A stretch of 32,000 nucleotides of DNA from Candidatus Saccharimonadota bacterium (GCA_965228485.1 OZ245819.1:1110001-1142000), one strand, 5' to 3'. Counted from the first letter of the stretch, positions 8,595 to 15,831 are shown. Notes: a model not told the origin generated them from the sequence alone. Numbers and translations: made by a program.

Positions 8595-9839
8595 TTATGG
8601 GAGGTTGATCCTTTCTACCCGGCAGATTTTTCCGGCAACCAATGAGATCGGAACTCCAGCGAAACTGAAGACCGCGCCCATTTTTCCGGCTGCCATTACC
8701 AGTGCTTTTCCCTTGAATGCCACGTCTGCGACAAATAAGGCAACGGTAAATCCGATACCGGCGACACATCCTACTACGAATAGGTCGATTGTGCGCATTC
8801 CCTGAGGTAGACCAAAGGCTTTTTCTCCGAGCCACCCCATAAACAAAATACCCAGGGGTTTGCCAACAAGGAGTCCCAGCAAAACGAGCCAGGTAGCTTC
8901 GCCAATCGAAGCAAAGACCACTCCAGCATTTGCCAGTGCAAAGAAGAATAGCACGATTTCCACGACCCCACCGAGACGGTGCTCGAAGGCGTTGAGGGTG
9001 TCATCGAGAGACTTCTCCTCACGGGCGAAGAGACCCAGGTCAGATTCTGCATGAGGCATCGTTGGGATGATAGGAAGCAGTCCTAGCGCTGGATGAATGC
9101 CAGCGAACTGGAACCCCAACCAGCTGATGGAGCCACCAATCAGTAAGTATGGCCAAAAATTCAGCATTTTCAGTCCTCGGTTGAGGATGAAGTAGTTGAA
9201 GATCATAGCCGCTACTGGAAGGAGCATGTAGCCGATTTGGATTTCTCCTTGTGGATAGAAGACTGCCAGGATGATCAATCCAGCTGCATCATCAGCGATG
9301 GCCAACAGCAGTAAGAAGGCCACAGCTGGGTGATCCTTCCCAAATACCCAGCGGCCTACGAGATAGCTGAACGCGATGTCAGTCGCCGTCGGGATAGCCC
9401 AGCCATTCCCAACCTCTTCCAGAACACCCCAGAAGGTGGCCATCACGATGTAAACAGCGATAGGCCCGATCATGCCACCAGCGGTAGCAATGAGTGGGGT
9501 TGCTGCCTTTTTGCCACGGAGGCTTCCGCCTTTAAGCGCAACGGCTTCCCAGACTTCCTTTCCCGCAATCGCGAAAAACAGCGACATCAGGATATCGTTG
9601 ATCAGGAAGTGAACAGTCAGTTCTCGGTGTCCATGGTGGAGATGCCCGACCCAGTCGTTGGTCAGGATAATGTGGTGGGTGAAAGCGTAGTAGCTCTCAT
9701 AATTTTTATTGGCCCACCACATGGCCAAAAGGGCTCCCAGAATCAGGAGTAAGGAGTTTTCGCGGACGAAGGCCCACACTCCTCTCTTTGCTTGAGTTTC
9801 TGCCGACATGACAATTTTCCTGTCTTTGCCTCTCTTCAT
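8595..9839 (-). CDS. nhaA: Na+/H+ antiporter NhaA
   Basis: This is a 414-aa polytopic membrane protein with the NhaA hallmark LLLLAIADDAAGLIILAVFYP, which corresponds to the paired Asp of E. coli NhaA. Its G+C is far higher than its neighbours (33/60 and 35/60 in two counted lines). Confidence 0.92.
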   Translation of the reverse strand: MKRGKDRKIVMSAETQAKRGVWAFVRENSLLLILGALLAMWWANKNYESYYAFTHHIILTNDWVGHLHHGHRELTVHFLINDILMSLFFAIAGKEVWEAVALKGGSLRGKKAATPLIATAGGMIGPIAVYIVMATFWGVLEEVGNGWAIPTATDIAFSYLVGRWVFGKDHPAVAFLLLLAIADDAAGLIILAVFYPQGEIQIGYMLLPVAAMIFNYFILNRGLKMLNFWPYLLIGGSISWLGFQFAGIHPALGLLPIIPTMPHAESDLGLFAREEKSLDDTLNAFEHRLGGVVEIVLFFFALANAGVVFASIGEATWLVLLGLLVGKPLGILFMGWLGEKAFGLPQGMRTIDLFVVGCVAGIGFTVALFVADVAFKGKALVMAAGKMGAVFSFAGVPISLVAGKICRVERINLP

Positions 9840-9930
9840 TAGTCAGTCGAGAGGACTTTTTGGTTAAAAGGATAGGCTCTTGCGGATGCCTACAGTTACT
9901 CCGGTCAATGAAACGACCCTTAACTTTTTA

Positions 9931-9993
9931 CTTAAAAAGAGGTCCGCAAGGCCCTCGTCTAGATTTATAAAATCTAACTCGAGAGCCTCGCGG
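9931..9993 (-). promoter_or_regulatory. Long imperfect hairpin followed by a U-tract in the nhaA 5' leader (attenuator- or terminator-like)
   Basis: The minus strand reads CCGCGAGGCUCUCG-AG-U-UAGAUUU-UAU-AAAUCUA-GA-CGAGGGCCUUGCGG, then ACCUCUUUUUAAG. Two G:U pairs exist only on the minus strand and would be C/A mismatches on the plus strand, which fits the nhaA transcript orientation. The hairpin lies ~95 nt upstream of the nhaA ATG. Confidence 0.4.
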
Positions 9994-10012
9994 GGTATTT
10001 CTTATTTTTTAT

Positions 10013-10026
10013 AATCCAATCTGTCA
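10013..10026. repeat. Right arm of the perfect 14-bp inverted repeat (AATCCAATCTGTCA)
   Basis: This arm is the exact reverse complement of 8332-8345. G+C falls back to the host level just outside it. Confidence 0.9.
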
Positions 10027-10135
10027 AAGAACCGAACTTAACCTTTGTGGTTAAAGTTACGAAAAAAGACGTTTAAAATGCTGGCTTACCGCCAAAAATG
10101 TTTTGGTAGCGCAACACTTATAAAACATCGCACGA

Positions 10136-10164
10136 ACGATATTTTTAGATCATAAAATTGTCAA
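10136..10164 (-). promoter_or_regulatory. Putative sigma70-type promoter reading toward nhaA
   Basis: The minus strand has TTGACA (10164-10159), a 17-nt spacer and TATCGT (10141-10136). A second overlapping TTGACA lies at 10171-10166. This is a sequence match only. Confidence 0.25.
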
Positions 10165-10216
10165 GTGTCAAATAAGGATTTTTTACTGAATATAGTAACT
10201 CATACTTATCAAGATT

Positions 10217-11443
10217 TTAAAGTTGAGAGACGAGTGTTTTAAAATGTCGTCCTTTTGTTTCATAGTTTGGGTATTGATCGAAGCTTTTTCCAGCTGGGGA
10301 AAGGAGACAAACTTTTCCAGAAGGAGTAAGACTGAGTGCTTTTGAAACAGCTTCTTCTAAGTTATTGGTAATAACGAAATCTCTTTTTGGAAAAGTCTCT
10401 TTGATTTTTTTTGCTACAGGTGACTCCGTTAGGATAGTGGTTGTTTCTGGAGAAACCGTGTCTAATGTTTCAAAGAGTATATCAAAACTACCGCCTCCAT
10501 CAGTCCCCCCCAAAATTAACGTTCCGAGCTTTTTATTAAAAAATTTTATAGCCGCGATTACGGCTTCCGGATTTGTAGCAATAGCATCGTTAAAAAATGA
10601 TATCCCTTGTTTTGTATTGACGAACTCTAGACGGTGTTCTGGGAGTTGGAGTGTTTCAAGGCTTTCTAAAAAGTCTTGGTGAGTAAATTTCTTACCAATA
10701 ATTTCTGTTACTGCTGGGATAATCCCTAAATTACTTCGGAAATGTTCGGCCATAAAAATATGGTTTTCGAGGATTGCTTCGGTTGAGAGCGATTGAGTTT
10801 CTTGGATTTTTGCTTTTGTAGGAAAAGTATCGATGGTTGACTTTCCTAGAGGGGTGGTAATGCAATAGTCTTCAGTGTTTTGATGTCCCCAGAGTTGGCT
10901 TTTGGCACGACCATAATTCTGGAGTGTTTTGTGCCGATCTAAGTGATCGGGAAACAATCCAAGAAAGACGGCAATATGAGGAGATTTTTGGAGTATTTCT
11001 AGTTGATAACTAGACATTTCTAAAACGATATAGTCGTATTTTTTGGCCTTGAAGTCATTAAAAATTTCGAGTATTGGGTGTCCAATATTACCAGCGCAAA
11101 CAACGTTTAATCCAATGTGATTTAACCAGTTTGTTAGAGCTAGAGTAGTGGTTGTTTTCCCTTTTGATCCTGTAATTCCAATAACTTTTTTTCGTTCTTC
11201 TTCGGCAAGATTATTTAGAAACCAATTTATTTGATTCGTGACTTTGAACTGATGTTCTTTTGGGAGGGAATGGGGATCAATCCCGGGAGTACAGAAAATC
11301 AAATCATACTTATCCCACTCAGGTTCTGTGGGATGTGTTTTTTGATCAAAAATACTAATTTTGATCTCTGGATAAGCGTTCTGGAAGAATTTTTCGGTAG
11401 ATTTTCCTTCTCTTCCGTAGCCGTAAATAAGAATACTATTCAT
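10217..11443 (-). CDS. murD: Mur ligase of the MurD type (UDP-N-acetylmuramoyl-L-alanine--glutamate ligase)
   Basis: It has a MurD-like N-terminal Rossmann segment (ILIYGYGREGKST), the P-loop VIGITGSKGKTTTT and the C-terminal motif LLSPAGKSFDQYPNYETKGRHF. Confidence 0.85.
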   Translation of the reverse strand: MNSILIYGYGREGKSTEKFFQNAYPEIKISIFDQKTHPTEPEWDKYDLIFCTPGIDPHSLPKEHQFKVTNQINWFLNNLAEEERKKVIGITGSKGKTTTTLALTNWLNHIGLNVVCAGNIGHPILEIFNDFKAKKYDYIVLEMSSYQLEILQKSPHIAVFLGLFPDHLDRHKTLQNYGRAKSQLWGHQNTEDYCITTPLGKSTIDTFPTKAKIQETQSLSTEAILENHIFMAEHFRSNLGIIPAVTEIIGKKFTHQDFLESLETLQLPEHRLEFVNTKQGISFFNDAIATNPEAVIAAIKFFNKKLGTLILGGTDGGGSFDILFETLDTVSPETTTILTESPVAKKIKETFPKRDFVITNNLEEAVSKALSLTPSGKVCLLSPAGKSFDQYPNYETKGRHFKTLVSQL

Positions 11444-12773
11444 TAGTGATTGTTGTTATCACTGTTTTGAGTCGAGTCCAGATGTTACTTGGAATTTGAT
11501 GAGAATTCAATGTTTGGTAGTTGAAATTTTGTTCTGGGACTAAGTCATCTCGAATGGACTTTACTTCTGGAAAGTTCTTTTCAGCCAAAATCATTGATTG
11601 TCTTACTTCGTTGATAGTTCCGACACATTCAAAAGGTTTACTTTCTGTTTTTCCGAGTAGTTGATCAAAGGTTTCTTTAAGTTCTGTTTTTTCAAATAAA
11701 TTTTCGCCAAAGATTTGAGTGAGTTCTTCACGCTCAATAAATGGGGCAAGAATGGTAAATACAAACGCGCATTTTGGACACTCTCCACACCAGAAAAATT
11801 CTTTTTTATCACCGGTAAGGTGAAAATTTCGATTACAGGAACTGAAAGCGTTTTTGTACTTTTCCCAGCCTAATTTACTAAATATCTCAGCAATAAAGAG
11901 TTCGTCTAATGGTCTTAGGGCTGAAAAGTAATGTAGGCTAGGATGAATGAATTCTTCTATGTAGTGCTGCAGTTGTCTCTCGAAATCAAACGATTTTGAA
12001 TATTGATGGTTTATATCTAAATCTTGATAGTGTGTAGTGGCTTCGTTCGCTGAATTCTCATTTGAGAAAGCGATGTATTTTTTTCCTGTTAGTAGAGCTG
12101 TACAGATTGATAAAAATCCCCAGATAGCCGAAATAGGGATATGTCCGTTGTAAGCACCTTCCTTATTAAGTTCTAAAAGTGATTTATCGATATGCCTTTT
12201 GATCGTTATATGTTCATGATCTGGATTATCTTTCCGTATGATTTCTAATGTTTTTTCGAGTCCTGGGTAAGATCCAACGGTCCAGGTACAAAAGGGGATT
12301 TTAGCTTTTTTTAGTAATTCAATAGTGGTGAGAGAGTCTTTTCCTCCTCCAAGAGGCACAATAACCTCTGGTTTTAAAGATGAAGTTTTTGGTGTATTTG
12401 GAGAAGCATTATAAGGAAATTCGGGACGAATAATTGGAATCTGATTCTGATAAGAAAATTCTCCTAATCCGTGAGTATAAGTAGTGTTAAAGAATTCACT
12501 CTGTGCTTTTCCAAAACCTTGTAGATATTCTTCTGGAAGATTTATTTTTTTAGGAATCAAGGCTTTGTAGTAGGAGATTCCAGCCATTAGCCAGAGGCCT
12601 TCAAAAGCTTTGTTTAGGGCTTCTCGGTCGATCGTTGAAATGAACTCAAAGTCAAATTCAAAAGTCTCTGTGAAGTGATATTTATTATCAATAGCATATT
12701 CACAAGACAGGATTTTTTTTGAAGGATCCCAATTGAAATTTTCAAAGCTAAATATTTCGGCTCTATGGGGCAT
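11436..12773 (-). CDS. PP-loop ATP-pyrophosphatase-like protein coupled to murD; possibly a MurL-type UDP-MurNAc-L-Ala-L-Glu epimerase
   Basis: This 445-aa ORF has a PP-loop-like motif (VPLGGGKDSLTT) about 140 aa from the N-terminus and a Cys cluster (WCGECPKCAF). Its stop overlaps the murD start by 8 nt (ATGAATAG). The functional call is inference from context and size, not from a recognised signature. Confidence 0.55.
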   Translation of the reverse strand: MPHRAEIFSFENFNWDPSKKILSCEYAIDNKYHFTETFEFDFEFISTIDREALNKAFEGLWLMAGISYYKALIPKKINLPEEYLQGFGKAQSEFFNTTYTHGLGEFSYQNQIPIIRPEFPYNASPNTPKTSSLKPEVIVPLGGGKDSLTTIELLKKAKIPFCTWTVGSYPGLEKTLEIIRKDNPDHEHITIKRHIDKSLLELNKEGAYNGHIPISAIWGFLSICTALLTGKKYIAFSNENSANEATTHYQDLDINHQYSKSFDFERQLQHYIEEFIHPSLHYFSALRPLDELFIAEIFSKLGWEKYKNAFSSCNRNFHLTGDKKEFFWCGECPKCAFVFTILAPFIEREELTQIFGENLFEKTELKETFDQLLGKTESKPFECVGTINEVRQSMILAEKNFPEVKSIRDDLVPEQNFNYQTLNSHQIPSNIWTRLKTVITTITNE

Positions 12774-12836
12774 TTCTCAGCGATTCTATCGAAATAAGCT
12801 TAATTTACTAGTGATAAATGATTATTATGTTTTTCG

Positions 12837-13112
12837 ATGAAATTAGTGGAGGCTCTTAAGCGTGATTTATTACAACATTTTGATGAGGTTTTAGTCTTTG
12901 ATGAACGAGGCGATGGACATTTTATCGAGTTGATTTGTATTAGCGCACAATTCGAAGCCAAAAATTTGGTGGAGCGTTCTCGGATTATTTTTCGTTGTCT
13001 TACTGATTACAGTAATAAAGTACACGCCTGGTCGGTAAAAGGATTTACGGCTGAAGAATGGAAAATTGAATCGGCTAATTTTACACCACAAAAATATAAA
13101 CATTATCGATAA
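12837..13112 (+). CDS. BolA-family protein
   Basis: This is a 91-aa ORF with a BolA-like pattern (GDGHFIELICISAQFEAKNLVERSRIIF...VHAWSVKGFTAEEW). It sits immediately upstream of a monothiol glutaredoxin, the classic BolA partner. Confidence 0.8.
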   Translation: MKLVEALKRDLLQHFDEVLVFDERGDGHFIELICISAQFEAKNLVERSRIIFRCLTDYSNKVHAWSVKGFTAEEWKIESANFTPQKYKHYR

Positions 13113-13115
13113 GTT

Positions 13116-13430
13116 ATGACTGAAAAATTCTCGCATTCAGAAATTCAAAAAATCATTGATACTCACAATGTTGTGATTTTTGGGAAGGGAGAAAAAGGAC
13201 AACCTGTTTGTGGCTTTACGGCTCGAGTTCAAATAATCTTTGAAGACCTTGGAGCTGATTATGAAATGATAAATATTCTTTCAGATCCAAATTTAAGAGC
13301 AGAAATGAAAGTTTTTTCTGATTGGCCGACTTTCCCTCAAGTTTATATTGATGGTCAGTTTATTGGTGGTTGCGATATTGTTGAAGAAATGCACCGAACT
13401 GGGAAATTTGAGCTCAGTGAAGAAGAATAG
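13116..13430 (+). CDS. grxD: Monothiol glutaredoxin (Grx4/GrxD family) with a CGFT active-site variant
   Basis: The sequence reads VVIFGKGEKGQPVCGFTARV...WPTFPQVYIDGQFIGGCDIV, which is typical of the Grx4 family. The usual CGFS is CGFT here. Confidence 0.9.
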   Translation: MTEKFSHSEIQKIIDTHNVVIFGKGEKGQPVCGFTARVQIIFEDLGADYEMINILSDPNLRAEMKVFSDWPTFPQVYIDGQFIGGCDIVEEMHRTGKFELSEEE

Positions 13431-13444
13431 AATCCTAAAATTTT

Positions 13445-13621
13445 TTAAAAATCGTCGTCTTCGGAGAAGAGTTTGATTTTTACAGGATCCTCTTGAAGGA
13501 TTAAAATTTCAGCACCACACAGCGGACATTCTAAGACTTCATCTTCCATGATGTCTTGTTGGTCTATTTCAAATCGTCCTCGACAATCAGGACAAAAGAT
13601 TTGTGCTAGAGTTTTTATCAT
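13445..13621 (-). CDS. Small zinc-ribbon protein, LysW-like (58 aa; below the ORF-track length cutoff)
   Basis: My own translation is MIKTLAQIFCPDCRGRFEIDQQDIMEDEVLECPLCGAEILILQEDPVKIKLFSEDDDF. It has CPxC...CPxCGAE spacing and an acidic tail that resemble LysW-type carrier proteins. The reading frame runs from the ATG at 13621 to the TAA at 13447-13445. Confidence 0.5.
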   Translation of the reverse strand: MIKTLAQIFCPDCRGRFEIDQQDIMEDEVLECPLCGAEILILQEDPVKIKLFSEDDDF

Positions 13622-13713
13622 GTGTGGGTTTTTTTGAGAAAGCTCTCGAGACTTTTTTAGCGTTTTTTACTTCAATTGCAAATTTTCCGAAGTTCGATCA
13701 CTTGCATAAAAGT

Positions 13714-14316
13714 TTATCTCGTGGTCTTTGGTTTGATTACCATAATGCCATCATCTTCATCAAGTGGATAGATTGTATGATTCCAATCTGGGGTGTTACT
13801 CATAAAGTTCCAGAAATCTTCCATTTTGTACTTAAACTTCAGGACGTCGTCTACTACTATGACACCATTTTTGGCGAGTTTTGGACCCACAAGATGGAAG
13901 AAATCTAGCGTGCTTTTTTTGATTCCATCAATAAAGATGAAGTCAAAAGAACCAGATAATCTGGGAATAATTTCCTGTGCTCGACCAAAGTGCATCTCAA
14001 TGTTTTTTAACCCAGATTTTTTAACATTCTCTTGAGCTATCGCAAAACTCGGCGTGGAGTGGTCAAGGGTAGTAAGTTTTCCATTATTTTTCTGGAGAGC
14101 ATCGGCGATCCAAATAGTTGAATAGGCGTGTGCACAACCAATTTCTAACCCTTTTGAGAGTTTGTTTTCTTGAATGAGTGTGTGTAAAAAATTACCAACC
14201 TCCTTTGAGATACTTGGAACATTTCCTGCAAGGTCTTGAGTCTTGAACTGTTCTAGTAAGGCCAATAATTTTGTGTCCATCAGATTAGTTACTAATGGTT
14301 TCTTTAGTTTTTTCAA
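13714..14316 (-). CDS. Class I SAM-dependent O-methyltransferase (family 3, caffeoyl-CoA-OMT/YrrM-like)
   Basis: Motifs are LEIGCAHAYSTIWIA, GKLTTLD, FDFIFIDG and NGVIVVDDVL. The internal Met at 14280 (MDTKLL...) would remove the 32-nt overlap with the upstream gene and may be the true start. Confidence 0.8.
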   Translation of the reverse strand: MKKLKKPLVTNLMDTKLLALLEQFKTQDLAGNVPSISKEVGNFLHTLIQENKLSKGLEIGCAHAYSTIWIADALQKNNGKLTTLDHSTPSFAIAQENVKKSGLKNIEMHFGRAQEIIPRLSGSFDFIFIDGIKKSTLDFFHLVGPKLAKNGVIVVDDVLKFKYKMEDFWNFMSNTPDWNHTIYPLDEDDGIMVIKPKTTR

Positions 14317-15184
14317 TTCCTGTTATGAGATTTTCTTCCATGATTTTTTTCGCTTCGGCTAGAATGTCTTTAGTCGTTCTAGCATCTATATCTATGATAT
14401 CTCGGAAATAGTGGATTGGTGCTTGGTACACTGGGGTTTGACTAAGGGGGTTTGTCATTTGCTCGTAAGTATGGGGGAATGCTCCGTGGAGGCAGGCCGT
14501 TTTTACAACGAGTTGAGACGGAATATCGGGGCTTTTTTGTATAAAATCAATACTAGGAGCAATAAGAGTGTTTTGGAACTTTAGAAGTGTTCCGTTTCTA
14601 TTTTCTCGAGTTCCTTCAATAAAAGTCATCACCTTTTCGCCATCAATTATTCTTTGTCTTGTTTCTTCTCCAGTGGTTTTAGTGGCTGCTCTCATTGCTT
14701 GTGCTTGAGCCCTTGTTGGGGTGCCTTTTCGTGGGATTTTAGGCCGATCAACAATAATTGGGTTTAAGGCCTGAACGCCTTTTCCAATTCCAAAAGGGAG
14801 GTTTGCTAAACTATTCTTCAGGACAATGGCGACTTGCCCTGCGATTTCTTCTGCATATCGGGCATAGGCAGAATTTGCTTCAAGTCCGTGAGGATGATTA
14901 GAAATATCGAGCCTTGCCATGTTGGCAGCCTCTTCTGTTTCATCAAATCCATGAAGGTGGACCTCGATTCCTAGGGACTCAAGCCAATCTTCATGTTCTA
15001 ATGCCAGGACTCTCGCTTTTAACCGTGCGGCTTCTGGACTTTTACAGGATCGTACGGCACTTACTTTTCGGGCTGAGTCTAGTGTTAATCTGTAAGGGAG
15101 GGATTTTGTGACCACACGTCCTTGTGCTTCACAAATACAATGAATTTCTTCAAAACCATTTCCAATTCTTTCCGCGTTTTTCAT
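14285..15184 (-). CDS. Acyltransferase of the PlsC/LPLAT superfamily (1-acylglycerol-3-phosphate acyltransferase-like)
   Basis: It has the motif I-like SNHPHGLE (NHxxxxD/E type) and the motif III-like FIEGTRENRNG (FPEGTR type). There is no obvious N-terminal TM helix. G+C is elevated (28/60, 29/60 and 28/60 in three counted lines). Confidence 0.65.
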   Translation of the reverse strand: MKNAERIGNGFEEIHCICEAQGRVVTKSLPYRLTLDSARKVSAVRSCKSPEAARLKARVLALEHEDWLESLGIEVHLHGFDETEEAANMARLDISNHPHGLEANSAYARYAEEIAGQVAIVLKNSLANLPFGIGKGVQALNPIIVDRPKIPRKGTPTRAQAQAMRAATKTTGEETRQRIIDGEKVMTFIEGTRENRNGTLLKFQNTLIAPSIDFIQKSPDIPSQLVVKTACLHGAFPHTYEQMTNPLSQTPVYQAPIHYFRDIIDIDARTTKDILAEAKKIMEENLITGIEKTKETISN

Positions 15185-15189
15185 ATTGT

Positions 15190-15831
15190 TTAAGTATTGC
15201 TTGAGAGCTTAATGGCACCACTTATTTTTGCTATTATTTGCTCTATGCGTTCAAATCCTTTTTGATGTTCTCCAATTAATTGGCTGTGTTCTTCTGATAA
15301 TTTATCTCTTTTTACTTTATCTTTTTCCGTATGTATTTTTTTGCGTATGCGTTTAGTCTTTTGGTAGATATAGAATAGTTCGCCTAATTCCCCATGCCTA
15401 AGCATCCAAATAGCTGGAGCAGCCCTTCCAACATGAGGGATAGCTTCAATTAATGAAAATAAAACTTTGTTAGGAAGGCTAATCTTATTAGCTAGATATA
15501 GAGCCATAATAGCTCTAAAAGTTTTTATACCAGCGATAAAGGCTATTGTTTCTATAACAAGACTTTGAGGGTCATTTTGAATTTGATCAATATCATCGAA
15601 AGAAATATAAGCAGCAATTGGTATAACTACAGCTAAGTAAATTGCCTCTAGCTTCAGTGCTAGTTTTATGAGTTTTTGTATATCTTGATTTTGTAGTTGT
15701 TCAGCGACTTGTTCATATTGTTCTTCAGTAATATGCTCTTTGTCTCGTAAGTCTGTTATAAAGAGGAAAAAATCATTGTCTTGAAGTTCTTCTCTTACTG
15801 TTTCTGGCAGTTGTAGTTTATCTTGTTCCAC
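15190..15831 (-). CDS. Hypothetical membrane protein
   Basis: This 213-aa ORF has an acidic N-terminus, hydrophobic segments (AIYLAVVIPIAAYISF, IAFIAGIKTFRAIMALYLA) and a basic, coiled-coil-like C-terminus. I recognise no family. Confidence 0.6.
   Translation of the reverse strand: MEQDKLQLPETVREELQDNDFFLFITDLRDKEHITEEQYEQVAEQLQNQDIQKLIKLALKLEAIYLAVVIPIAAYISFDDIDQIQNDPQSLVIETIAFIAGIKTFRAIMALYLANKISLPNKVLFSLIEAIPHVGRAAPAIWMLRHGELGELFYIYQKTKRIRKKIHTEKDKVKRDKLSEEHSQLIGEHQKGFERIEQIIAKISGAIKLSSNT

Noticed and set aside
8515-8600. An RNase P RNA-like signature: a hairpin (8515-8538) followed directly by GAGGAAGUCC, resembling P3 plus the conserved GAGGAAAGUCC of P4. A downstream CGACAG...CUUAUGG resembles the 3' P4 strand.
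   Set aside because: The two P4-like strands are only ~45 nt apart rather than ~300 nt. The conserved AAA is shortened to AA. No P1/P2 or specificity-domain elements are visible. A full-length RNA would have to run antisense through the nhaA coding region. Only cmscan can settle it.
8443-9752. Track ORFs overlapping nhaA in other frames on both strands: 8443-8835(-), 8605-8805(+), 8774-9052(-), 8860-9054(+), 9330-9752(+).
   Set aside because: They are Arg/Ser/Pro-rich products typical of spurious ORFs in a GC-rich region. nhaA fully explains the region.
9840-9935. A fluoride (crcB-motif) riboswitch in the nhaA leader, suggested by an AACUG followed by a small hairpin.
   Set aside because: The required pseudoknot partner and the conserved GAUGG and CUGAUG elements are absent.
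8332-10026. An integron gene cassette (single promoterless ORF plus a structured 3' attC) or an autonomous IS/transposon.
   Set aside because: There is no integrase or transposase ORF in or near the interval. I saw no GTTRRRY-type core sites and no target-site duplication outside the inverted repeats. I kept only the weaker 'bounded foreign cassette' description.
13603-13908. A 101-aa plus-strand ORF antisense to the O-methyltransferase. Similar antisense or shadow ORFs occur elsewhere, for example 25830-26348(-) over rplU and 10365-10682(+) over murD.
   Set aside because: They have no recognisable motifs and low-complexity or hydrophobic composition. Each is fully overlapped by a well-supported gene on the other strand.
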